Assembly: GCF_006345805.1 (NCBI RefSeq)
Contig: NC_043010.1
Coordinates: 57,474,001-57,538,000 of the forward strand
Direction: 5' to 3'
DNA from: Octopus sinensis
Lineage: Eukaryota
DNA length: 64,000 nucleotides
The notes under the pieces are model-generated. The model was given only the letters and a program-made list of their open reading frames with translations. It did not search any database and was not told the DNA's origin. Positions 39,558 through 51,849 of this stretch are shown piece after piece (position 1 is the first letter of the stretch; each line of letters opens with the position of its first letter). The position numbers and the translations under genes are program-made.

Positions 39558-39560
<3 letters not shown>
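38980..39560 (-). mobile_element. Unclassified ORF-less interspersed element flanked by (TTA)n
   Basis: Close second copy at 56227-56711; both sit between (TTA)n arrays. Strand inferred from one-sided truncation of the second copy. Confidence 0.8.
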
Positions 39561-39621
<61 letters not shown>

Positions 39622-39651
39622 GTTATTATTGATGTTGTTGTTGTTGTTACT

Positions 39652-40123
39652 ATCATTGCCTTTGCACATCTTCTAAGCTGGAGATGTACTATGGTGTTAG
39701 CTGTTCAATGCCAGTGAACTAAATTAATAACCCTTATTTTGTGAGCACTATTCGGAGTATTCGAGCAGTTCCAAGCAGTGCTGTTTTCTGCAAGTACTCC
39801 ACTTATTGAAGCCCCTATTTGTTCCATATACTTCTTAAGATTTTTACTCACTCTTTGATTATTGTTACTACCACCACCTCTTTCACTGACCACAACTACT
39901 TAACTTCCTAAGCTAACCTGTCATGTTTATCGACTTTTCTTTCTTCCTTATCGCATACCTTGTTGTCAGCTAAGCATGCTATATCTATGATCCAGCATAG
40001 TTTGTTTTCTTTCTCAATTAAGACTGTATCTGGTTTCCTATTCTCTAGCTCATGGTTGCACTGAATCATAAAATCCCACAGGATCTATTTTTGACAATGC
40101 CTTCAGGTTTGTGGTTGTACCAA
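39652..40123 (-). mobile_element. R4/Dong-like non-LTR element, REL-endonuclease 3' fragment
   Basis: WYNHKPEGIV...ILWDFMIQCNHELENRKPDTVLIEKENKLCWIIDIAC...KEERKVDKH; (TAA)n arrays on both sides. Confidence 0.85.
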
Positions 40124-40142
40124 ATTATTATTATTATTACTA

Positions 40143-40470
<328 letters not shown>

Positions 40471-40684
40471 ATTAGAACTGAGTTGGACTGCCAGTATAAT
40501 AACCCTTGCCTTTCACTCTCACCATAAACACTGCCTTACCGTAAAACCCCAAGAATATTTTGTTAAGCTTATTTCTATGGATATTCCATAGCAGAGCTGG
40601 TTATAAGTTCTGCAGAATATCTGTGGAAACAACCTTAACAAAATAATGAAAGAAGCACTGCTAATGCTGTAGAAACTGGTGCTG

Positions 40685-40913
40685 AGGCAAGCTGGCAGAA
40701 TCATTAGCGCACCGGGTGAAATGTGTAGCGGTATTCCGTCTGCCATAACATTCTGAGTTCAAATTCCGCTGAGGTCGACTTTGCCTTTCATCCTTTCGGG
40801 GTCGATAAATTAAGTACCAGTTACGCACTGAGGTCGATGTAATTGACTTAATCCCTTTGTCTGTCTTTGTTTGCCCCCTCTATGTTTAGCCCCTTGTGGA
40901 CAATAAAGAAATA
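40685..40913 (+). mobile_element. SINE family B, full length with target-site duplication
   Basis: A/B boxes (TGGCAGAATCATTAG; GAGTTCAAATTCC), AATAAAGAAATA tail, TSD AGAAACTGGTGCTG (40671-40684) / AGAACCTGGTGCGG (40914-40927). Confidence 0.9.
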
Positions 40914-43002
40914 AGAACCTGGTGCGGACTTAGAAAAGCATTTAGTATGCTTTATATCATGTTTGTATAACAAAGTACCGCATACCTACAAATCATTACT
41001 GTTTACATACCAGCTCCAGGAATGCGTTTAATATGTAAATTGGTTTATCTGATATCTTAACACTGTTGTATACGGTGGCTATATGAGCGATGTGTTTGGA
41101 GGCGAGAATGGCTTAAATAGGTGCAGAGGAAGGGGCAAAAACCCACAAAATATGGTATATACCCTCATTAACCATTTTTGTCTCTGATCTCATTGTTTGT
41201 TTACATCTGACGTCACAATACAAAACGTTGCGTCAGTGCTGGCTATAAGTTCTCTAGAATACCTGTAGAAATCACCTGAACAAATTAATGTAAGAGCACT
41301 GCTAACACAATAGAACATGGTGCTGACTTATGGAAACATTTAATATAATCTATAGTGTATTGTGGTTGCTCAACAAAGTACCACCAATCATTGAAATCCT
41401 TAGAATCCCCTCTGTTTGCATTTTGTCAGTGCACTCAATGCATTGAGTGGTGAGGATGGACTGAATGAGAGGGAGAGAGGAGAAAGTGCAAACTGACTTT
41501 GGCTAGTATTGAACCTGGGATTTTTGTCTAATTATTTCAGTACTTAGATCACTTTCTTCATCTTGATTAAAGTTGGTGTAATACAAAATGGATTATCTCA
41601 GTAGAAGCATCAAGGCCAATGGAGGGATGAGGAAGCTGATGCCTAGTGGTGGTGGTGGTGGTGGTGGTAGGGGATGTAAATTTGATAATGGTGCTAGTGT
41701 ATAGTAAGGGTGATGATGATGGTGATGATGATGATGATAGTTATTGTGTTGATGAATAATGCTGTGTTGATGTTTATCTTCATAATTATGATGATGGTGA
41801 TGATGATAATGATGGTGGTGGTGGTGGTGGTGGTGGTGATGATGATGATAATTCCACAAATATATTGAACACTTATCTTTCATCTTTTCCCCTTTCCTTC
41901 CTTTTCTTCCTCACCCTCGCCCCACCCCTCCCATCTCTCTCTCTCCCTTTTGACGGATGGAAGTGGAAGAAGGGTTAGTGTAGCTCTCCTCGCTAACAAT
42001 GTTCAATTTTTGGTTAAGATCTACCTAGGGATTTTTTCTCTCTAACAAGGCAACACCACACCCCACCCCCTTACCTACCACAAACCCCACAACACTCAAT
42101 ACTACACATCGTTGCAGTACACCACACCACAACTCATACTCCACAACACCATAACACATTTCCTGCCTCAGCCTCCGCCCCCCCACCCCAAACCACACCA
42201 ATTTTCTTTTAGTATTCATCAAACCAGTCGGCTGATGGTGGCTAATCTCCTGTGCAACAAACATGAAATTAACCAGAGCTCCAATAGATTCAACGCACAG
42301 CTGATGCGGCGAACATCACAATGAACGCAAGACTCACTGCGCCTGCTGCCGCCGCTGCTGATGCTGCTGCTGCACCTCTTGCACAGCTGATCTAATTTCA
42401 GAGAAATTCACAGCGAAACGTATACGTTTGTGCGTGTGTTTAATTAGCCAACCGAGAAATCTTCCCAGAATCAAATTGGATCAGAGTTACCAAGAGAAAT
42501 GGCCAGTCAGACAGTCAGCTTGCTCTCCGTTTTGGCTCTGATGTTGGAAAACAGGAGGGAATATACACACACATGGATGCGCATACATACATACATACAT
42601 ATGTATGTGTATATGTACGTATATACATATATACATATATATAAACACATACATATATACATATGTATATATATACACATACATATATACATATGTATAT
42701 ATATACACATACATATATACATATGTATATATACACATATACACACATATATATAAGTGTATATGCATATATATATACATTCATACACATATGTATATGT
42801 ATATATGTATATGTGTGTGTGTGTATGTATATATATATATATTTATATACATATATATATATATTTATATATATATATATATTTTTATGTATATATGCAT
42901 ACATACACATATATATCTATAAATATATATATACATACATATATGTATATCTATATATGAATATGTATATGTATATGTGCGTGTATATGTGTGTATGTAT
43001 AT

Positions 43003-43057
<55 letters not shown>

Positions 43058-43155
43058 ATGTACGCATATATATATGTGTGTTTATATTATAAAAGGAAGA
43101 AAAAATCATTCAATACATGTAGCAATAAACATACTCACAGTCATTCCTCATTTAC

Positions 43156-43191
<36 letters not shown>

Positions 43192-44552
43192 GTTCATATA
43201 TACATATATACATATATATCATGATGATGATGATGATGATGATGATATATATGTATATATGTATATATGAATGTATATATATATATATATGCAGATTTGT
43301 ATGTGATACGTATGTATTCTCATGCATTTAGTTGCATATCTAGATATGCTCATATATATTTAAATGTACGTATGTATGTATATTTATTCACACACACACA
43401 CATACCTGCAGAAATATAAACACTGGATGTTTGGACTAAATTTGACGATGTTTTATGTCACATTTTTGTTTTCTGGAACAGCTTCATGTCTTTGAGGACA
43501 GTCCATGGCATTGGAGAGCATAAAGATTAAAGTTGTAGTTGAAAATAGCAGACATGAAGGGCTGAAACCATTTGAATGTTGGGAAAGAGTTTGCTGTATT
43601 ATTGTGGTAGGTATCAAAATGGCAACATCATGACTGCTGCTCAATACTCTGTGAACAGTGTAAAGCTTGTGAGACATGACATGGACAGCTGGAACGGAGG
43701 TGAGGAAGCTGTGGTGAACAGGAAGGGACAGAGAGGCTGTTCCGACTGCATGTGCAGGCCAAAATACATCCCTACAACTGCAGGACAAGCTGATAGAAGA
43801 TTTGAGAAAGAGAATCTTGGCTTTGGTGAGAGATATGGGTGTTGGAGTTGCTACCATGCAACTGGGCCTGGATGAGGATCTTCACTACAACTCGTACAAG
43901 AAGCACAAGGGACAAATTCTGATAGCCAAGGTCAAGGAGAACCACTTGACAAAGTCAAAGAAGCTCCTGAACAATCTGAGACATCCCACTGAGCTGTGGA
44001 TGATTTGGTTCTTCTCAGGGGAAAAGAACTTCTGCCAGGACCAGCTGCACAACACCCAGAACAACAGATGGTTTGCCTACAATCCATGTGAGGCCCCATG
44101 TATCATGGAAACCAAGTTCCCCCAAACTGTAACGTCTTTTTGGAGTGCCTCCTGTGAGGGTGGAATCTCTGAACCCTACATCTCTGAACAGAGCCCTAGG
44201 CTCATTTCAGATGGCAGTTTGAAACTACTTGAGACACTGGCGAAGTCCTGGCTGAAGAGGGAGGGTTGCTACTGGAAGGCCATATTTGGCTCCTTGCCAT
44301 GCCTATGGAACGAGTCAGAAGTGGTTGTTGGAGAGTTTCTAGGAGATCCACAGCCCCAATTTCTGGTTCCCAATTTTGCTCTACCTGCAACACCAAGGCC
44401 AAGCTGATGACCAAGATCAAGGAGATGTTTGAAGATCTTCAAAGATCTTCGCAGAGATGCAATAAGGAATGCATGAACCAGGTTCTGAAGCCATCTTCAG
44501 GCCATGGTGGAAGCTGAGGGTGGCTGCTTTCAGTAAACTGTTATCTCCTAGC

Positions 44553-44878
44553 CAGGGCAGCCCTAGGCTTGCTGGCACCCTAGACAAGCTGAACTTTGGC
44601 ACCCTTACAAGTATAATTTTTAGAAACTTTCACATGAGGAAAAACTGAAAATATAGACGAAAGAAGTACATGGTGTCGCAGGCAGCTGCCGTCCCAAGTT
44701 GCCAGGACCTAGAGCTGTCCCTGCTCCCAGCCCCGAGTTGCCAGGACCTAGAGCCATCCCTGCTCCCAGCCCCGAGTTGCCAGGACCTAGAGCCGTCCCT
44801 GTTCCCAGCCCCGAGTTGCCAGGACCTAGAGCCGTCCCTGCTCCCACCCCGAGTTGCCAGGACCTAGAGCCGTCCCTG
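44553..44878. mobile_element. hAT-like MITE nested in the maT relic, right end amplified
   Basis: Left end CAGGGCAGCCCTAGG; right end CCTAGAGCCGTCCCTG; 8-bp TSD CTCCTAGC (44545-44552) / CTCCCAGC (44879-44886). Confidence 0.75.
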
Positions 44879-44886
44879 CTCCCAGC
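44693..44886. repeat. 39-bp tandem repeat x5
   Basis: Unit CCCGAGTTGCCAGGACCTAGAGCCGTCCCTGCTCCCAGC, few substitutions and one 1-bp deletion. Confidence 0.97.
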
Positions 44887-45706
44887 CATAATCTGGCTGA
44901 TATTTCTTGTTTTTTTTTAAAAAAACTTGTTTTTGGATGGGGTGTTTTATTTTCCTTTTATGCAAACTTAAAAAATAGTGAGTGTGTGTATTTATATGTA
45001 TGCATGTGTGTATGTATTTGTGTCCAAATTATAAGAACAGGTAATATGTGTGATAGTGTTTGATGAGAATTAAACAGGGGAGCAAGATCTGTGCAATAGG
45101 GGGATGAAAATTGCTTCTTCTGTCATACATAATAAAGATGGTTTAATCAGATGTGATTAGAGGCAGAAGGGTTCTGTACGAGCGGATGAGAGACGAGGCA
45201 TCAGTTTGCATAGATGTGTATGTATATGTGTGAGTGTGTGTATGTGTGTGTATGTATGTGTGTGTGTATATGTGTGGTGTTGGTGGGGAGGATTAAGGAC
45301 ATTGAAGCCTGAAGTTGACATCTGGCAATGATGAATTATGTTGGAGATAGAGGCGGCGCAGGAGTGGGAGGAGAAGTGGAGATGAGGAGGAGAAGTGAGA
45401 GCAGGTATGTGTGTTATGTCCTTTTTGGTTGTTAGCATCAGTTGAACTGCAGTCAAGACATTCCCACCATGGCTTTCCAGCCTGTAGTCATACCTAGGAC
45501 TACAATATCCTTTATTTACAAACAAAAGAATATCCCAAGAATATTCTTAGGGTTGGTCTTTCTAGGAACACAACTGGAATATCCTGTCTGATACTTACCA
45601 ACCATTGGCTGGAACCACAGGTTTATCCAACCCTACCTGGCGTGTATCTTTTCAAGTACCCAAGTCTATCTGAATCCTTATTTTACTACACACACACACA
45701 CACATT

Positions 45707-46200
45707 TATAATGAAATCCATCAGAAGGATAACCCCAAAGACAAAGAAATAAGAGCCCACAGTATGGTAAAGCCATAGCCACCTATAAAAAAGGAGTACT
45801 GGTGGAATGTCCCAGTGAATACCTCAATAAAATGTAAGCACAACAGACCTGATATAATGATTTGCAATAGAGAAGAGAAACTGTGTACAGTTGTGGAAAT
45901 GAGCTGCTCAGGGGATGTTAACATAAAACTGAAGATCAATGAAAAAGAGAACACCTATGCTGAACTATCGAGAAATCTGCAGTTACTCTATCCAGATTAC
46001 AAGTTTGGGTTTATACCTGAAATTATTGGGGCCCTGGGATATGTAACACGTTGCCTAAATACCAATCTTGAGAAATTAGGCTTCTCAAATCCAGAAAGGA
46101 GACTACAGATCCAATTCATCACTGGAACTGTAAAAATCTGTAAAACTTTCCAGAAGTTTATCATTTAAATATATATGAGCATGTCTAGATATGCAAAGCT
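45707..46200 (+). mobile_element. REL-type (R2-group) non-LTR element 3' fragment, third family
   Basis: YWWNVPVNTSIKCKHNRPDIMICNREEKLCTVVEMSC...NEKENTYAEL...IIGALG; PD-(D/E)xK-type endonuclease; preceded by (AC)n. Confidence 0.85.
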
Positions 46201-46479
46201 GTTCTGTCACAAAGATGTCACATATGAGTTGGATTGTTGTTGTCAGTTTCTCCATCAACCAATCTTATGACTTTAAAGCTGTGTGGAAAGTGAGGTCCCT
46301 TACACGAAAAAGCTGCAATGGGATAGCAATAAGAGGGGCCACCAGGCTGTGAAACAATGCCTCAAGAATACATTCATCTAACTCATGAAGGCATGGAAAA
46401 AATGAACAAAATGATGAAATGATATAAGTATGTCAGTGCTTTTAGATATGCACATACATATGAATGTGTATGGATATAC

Positions 46480-46514
<35 letters not shown>

Positions 46515-46789
46515 CATCTACATCTGCAATGATACATTAGTCTGTATATGTGGTATTTATTTATCTTTGGTTTGTATTGTAGTTGGTGTATACGCATATA
46601 TGCATGTGTGTGTGTATGTACTTGTGTATGTCTTTATGTATGCCTATGTCTCCACATACGTGTGTGTGTGTGTGCATTGCCAACCACTTGCCTGCCATTC
46701 CTTTCTTCCTTAGTGTTGGTCACCGTGGAGAAGTTGGTCTGGAATAATCAGGTTAAGTCTGGAGTGTAGGGAGTTGCCATACATTTATT

Positions 46790-46845
46790 GAATTACAACA
46801 GTAACAACATTAATAACAGCAACAACAATAATAACAATAATAATA

Positions 46846-46902
<57 letters not shown>

Positions 46903-46936
46903 GTGGTGGTGATGATGATGATGATGATGATGATGT

Positions 46937-46974
<38 letters not shown>

Positions 46975-46975
46975 T

Positions 46976-47028
<53 letters not shown>

Positions 47029-47830
47029 GTCATGATAATAATAATAATAATGATTATAACAATAATAACAAGAACAACAACAACAACAATAATAATAATA
47101 ATAGTAATAATGATAACAACAATAGTAACAACTGCAACATCAACAACACTAAATGAAACAACATTAAAACACCAACAAAAACAACACCAGCAAAAAGCAA
47201 CTACAATAATAATGAGTACAACCACAATAGTGACAACGACAACAACAACAGCAGCAGCAGTAATAACAACAACGCTCATTTGAAGTTAATGAGTAGCAAT
47301 ATGTGTAATGGCTATATGATTGGATGCTCATCATCATCACCACCATCACCATCATCATCACCACCATCACCATCATCATCACCACCATCACCATCATCAT
47401 CACCACCATCACCATCATCATCACCATCATCACCATCATCATCACCACCATCACCATCATCATCACCATCATCATCACCACCATCACCGCCACCACCACT
47501 ACCACCATCATCATCATCATCATCATCACCACCACAAACCACCACCACCACCATCATCACTCGCTCTCTTTCCACATACCACTAAACCACATCATCTCAA
47601 ACAACATCATCATCATCATTATAAGCATTGTTATAACCCTAACCCAAACTATCACTGCAGCCACCACCGCCACCACCACCACCACCGCCACCACCACCGC
47701 CACCGCCACCACCACCACTGCCACCGCCACCACACCACGCCACCGCCACCACCACCACTGCCACCGCCACCACCACCACTGCCACCGCCACCACCACCAC
47801 TACCACCACCACCACCACCGCCGCCGCCTT
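46790..47830. repeat. Compound (AAC/AAT), (GAT)n, (CAT/CAC)n and (CAC/CGC)n arrays
   Basis: Direct inspection. Confidence 0.95.
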
Positions 47831-48229
47831 TCTATTTATTGTTGATTTGTTGTTGTTAATTGTTAAATAAGATTAATGTTGTTTATTATTATTGTTAATA
47901 GAGAGGGATGGTGGGAGGGGGAACAGAAGGAGAGGGTGAAAGAAAAGGAGGGATGGGGAGAGTAGATGTAGTGAGAGGGTGGTGGTGGTGGTGGGAGTGA
48001 GAGGTTGTGGGGGAAAGTGGTGGAAGAAGAAGAGAGAAAGGGAGAGAGAGGAAATATGGAGGAGGTGAAGGGAGAGTAGATGCAAGAGAAAGGGGGGGGA
48101 GTGGGGGGAAGAGGAAGTGGTGTGGCGGAGGGGAGGAGGTGGGAGGCAGAAAATCAGAGAAAAATTAATAAAACTGGACATAAATTGTTTTTAATGAAAT
48201 TTACAGGCCTTGCCTACCCACCCCAGCCG

Positions 48230-48274
<45 letters not shown>

Positions 48275-48353
48275 ATATACATACACACACATTTATATAT
48301 TATATGTACACTCATACACGGATACACACAGGCACATACACACTGATACACAA

Positions 48354-48384
<31 letters not shown>

Positions 48385-48652
48385 CATATATATATATACA
48401 TATGTGTATATATATATGTATATATACATACATGCATTTATATACACACACACACACATATAGATAAATAGATAGATACATAGATATATATGTGTATATA
48501 TAGACATGCATTCATACATACCTACAATATGTGTGTGTGTGTGTGTGTGTGTATGTGTGTGTGTAAACACATACGCATAGAGTGTAGAGGGTGCAGATTG
48601 GCATATGAAGATGATAGACATGTGATTGTAATAAAGAATTGAGAAGCAGAGG

Positions 48653-48698
<46 letters not shown>

Positions 48699-49944
48699 CA
48701 CACTCACACACACACTCTAGTAACAATAACAACTACACACCAACAATGGAACCTCTAACTGGTCACTTGTGCTGCTAGAAATAGCTGCCAGTTTCTTACA
48801 AATAACTCTATGAAGTTAACTAAAGAAGGCTACATTGGCAAATTTGGTCAAAGATATACAAACTGATGGAATGGTCGTGGCTGGAAGGCCTTCGATTATA
48901 AATCCAACTCAACAGAATTATGCACCATCGACACATTTACACACCAACATATACACATAACACCGGGCAACAACACACTGACACACACACACACACACAC
49001 ACAGCTACAAATCGAACCACACACCAACCGTGTATAAACACACACACACACATGAAACAACAACAACAACATATAACAATGCATGTGTATGCACAATATT
49101 GCACACGTATTAATATCATCACCAACACACTCACAGCCGCACAGCACACACACACACTCACACACACATATTCACAGGTACATACACACACACACACTGG
49201 CACATGTGTACGTAAGTCACACACGCATAATACAACACACTCACAATCGAAACATAATAACACACACACACACACACACAGGCACAACATTAACATCACA
49301 TAAGCACACATGACCCTTAATACACACACACACATACACACGTACACACATACATACACACACACACAACGTCAATATTAATCGAGGTTTTTAATAAAAT
49401 ACCAATAACTTTTTTATTTCTCTGCAACATTATTACAGCGTGTGGTATGTGGGGGGGGCATGGAGGTTGGGGGAGTGGAGGGGGAGGTGCTGCTGGTGGG
49501 GGGGACGGTGGTGGAGCTGGTGATGGTGGCAGTGGAAGTAGTATTGGTGGTGGTGGTGATGGTGGTGGTGTGGTGGTGGTAGTAGTAGTGATGGTGGCTA
49601 TACTGATGGTGATAGTGGTGGTAGAGGTGGTGGTGGTGGTGGTGGTGGTGGTGGTGGTGGTGGCTACTGCTATTATTCTGCATGAGGTAGCTCAAGGGTC
49701 TATGGTACTTTTGAGATGAGGGTGGAGTTAGCTGCTATGTCAGATAAGTATGGTATGTGTGGTGTTGTTAATGGGGGGTCTCTTATTATTAAGTAGTGAT
49801 GGCAACATATGAGCAGGAGTCTTTCATCCCTTGACATGTAAGTTGCCTACACAACCAGTCAATTTAACAGCCTTAATATCTTGCAAATGGAAATGACAGC
49901 ATGAGATATTATAATATATGTACACACACACACATATATATATG

Positions 49945-50009
<65 letters not shown>

Positions 50010-50212
50010 TTTCATTCTTTTATTTGTTTCAGTCATTTGATTGTGGCCATGCTGGAGCACTGCCATTAGTCAAGCAAATCAACCCCAGGACTTATTCTTT
50101 GTATGCCTAGTACTTATTCTATCAGTCTCTCTTGCCGAACCACTAAGTGACGGGGATGTAAACACACCAGCATCGGTTGTCAAGCAATGTTGGGGGGAAC
50201 AAACATATACAT

Positions 50213-50250
<38 letters not shown>

Positions 50251-50412
50251 GACAGGCTTCTTTCAGTTTCAATCTACCAAATCCACTCACAAAGTTTTGG
50301 TCAGCCTGAGGTTATAATAGAAGACACTTGCCCAAGGTGCCATGCAATGGGACTGAACCTGGAACCATGTGGTTGGTAAAGAAGCTACTTACCACACAGC
50401 CACTCCTGTGCC
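50010..50412 (-). mobile_element. SINE family A, full-length bipartite copy
   Basis: Minus strand: tRNA-like head (TGGCTGTGTGGT; GGTTCAGTCCC), GGCACCTTGGGCAAGTGTCTTCT CORE-like block, internal (TA)/(TG) tract, 3' half ending GCTCCAGCATGGCCACAATCAAATGACTGAAACAAATAAAAGAAT. Confidence 0.9.
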
Positions 50413-50486
50413 TATATATATATAATTCTTATATATATTTGATTAATGAGAGAAAGGGAAGATGGAAGATACGAGAACCTTTATTG

Positions 50487-50588
50487 ATCACGACAATCAT
50501 TTTCAGCATTAATCTCTTACAGGTGGGATACTTACTACACAACTGGTTTAGGTGTATGCTTTGGTGTAGATGTGTCTCTTCGGGTGAT
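50487..50588 (-). ncRNA. Type I hammerhead-like motif with long stem II, in a (TA)n-flanked island (50420-50757)
   Basis: ATCAC-CCGAAGA-GACA...TGCT-GAAA-ATGATTGT-C-GTGAT then CAATAAA. Confidence 0.55.
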
Positions 50589-50754
50589 TTCAAGAAGTGT
50601 CTCGTCAAAATAAGTCCTGTTTTGCAAAACTTATTACTTCTTGTTTTCTGCTTGGTCTTTGCCAATAGAAATACTAAGTTAAGGGAAACTGCATCATTCT
50701 TGGAGAAGATCAATTACAAATATCAGATACAAAAAGAAACAAATACACAGCATT

Positions 50755-50826
<72 letters not shown>

Positions 50827-51211
50827 CATATGTCATGCATATATATACATTTAGCTATAAGTATATATATGTATTTTCAGTAATACCTAACCATATCACG
50901 GTTCACCTATCATGGTTTATTATTTAAGCTGACGTCAGTTCCTCCATGATGTTATTTTGCATTTATAATAAAATAAATATATACAAATTATGAAAATAAT
51001 AAAAAAAAAATACGATATAGTACTGTTTCTACTTTGTGAATTTTCACCTATTGTGGGGGCTTTTGGAACATAATACCCACGATAGTAGAGAGATTATTGC
51101 ATAAATATGTGTGTGTTTATGTATGTATATGTGTGTGTATATATATGCATGAATATATATATACACACATATATATTGTGTGTGTGTGTATGTGTATGCA
51201 TATATGTGGAG

Positions 51212-51246
<35 letters not shown>

Positions 51247-51628
51247 GCTGATATATATATGAATGCATATGTATATGTGTGTATGTGTGAGTAACTGAGA
51301 GTGTGTGTGTGTTTGTGCCTTATGTGATAATTGCGACATAATGTGTTCGTTGTAAATGAGTGTCACTGTCATACAAGCAGTATCGTTCATTTCCTCTATT
51401 CTGCTAGGAACATGTCTGACCTGGGGGAGACATCACCATACTCAGAAGAAGCAGTTGAGCATTGACAAAATGAAGAGCATCAACCCTGTAGAAAACAAAT
51501 GTTTGCTGAACATTGTTTAAAACAACGTATGGTATCAAATGTGCATATAGATAATATGTGCTGGTAAGAAACAGTTAAATTTTATAAGTTTCCCCCAATA
51601 TTGATTTGCTGATGATACATTGCATTAA

Positions 51629-51849
51629 CCCTTTCGTTACCAACCCGGCTGAAACTGTCTCTGGCTCTTTAGTATAAATGTCTTGTTTTCATAAGTCTTG
51701 GATTCAAATCTTCCACCAAACCTTAGTCACAATTTATGTTCCTAGCACCAGCTTAATGATAACTAAGTTAAATTACTAGATTCTTTGTTATGTTTAAAAT
51801 AATTGGAAGAAACACAAAGCATCTCAACAGAAATGCAGTAACAAAAGGT
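51629..51849. mobile_element. piggyBac-like MITE
   Basis: TTAA-CCCTTTCGTTAC ... GTAACAAAAGGT-TTAA: imperfect TIRs with TTAA on both sides. Confidence 0.75.

Larger units (their letters stand above)
43420..44970 (+). mobile_element. maT/DD37D transposon relic (transposase pseudogene)
   Basis: WFFSGEKNFCQDQLHNTQNNRW (decayed FSDEK...NxQNxR motif), TKFPQTV, CNTKAKLMTKIKEMFEDL; frameshifts; 3' region homologous to 959-1455; interrupted at 44553-44886. Confidence 0.85.

Noticed and set aside
44693-44886. 39-bp repeats as a CRISPR array or a coding repeat (PGPRAVPAPSPEL)
   Set aside because: No unique spacers, no cas genes, eukaryotic context; explained as MITE end plus TSD, and one unit has a frameshifting deletion.
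50878-51060. CAGTAATACCT start resembling a pogo/Tigger-like MITE
   Set aside because: No matching inverted end or TSD identified.
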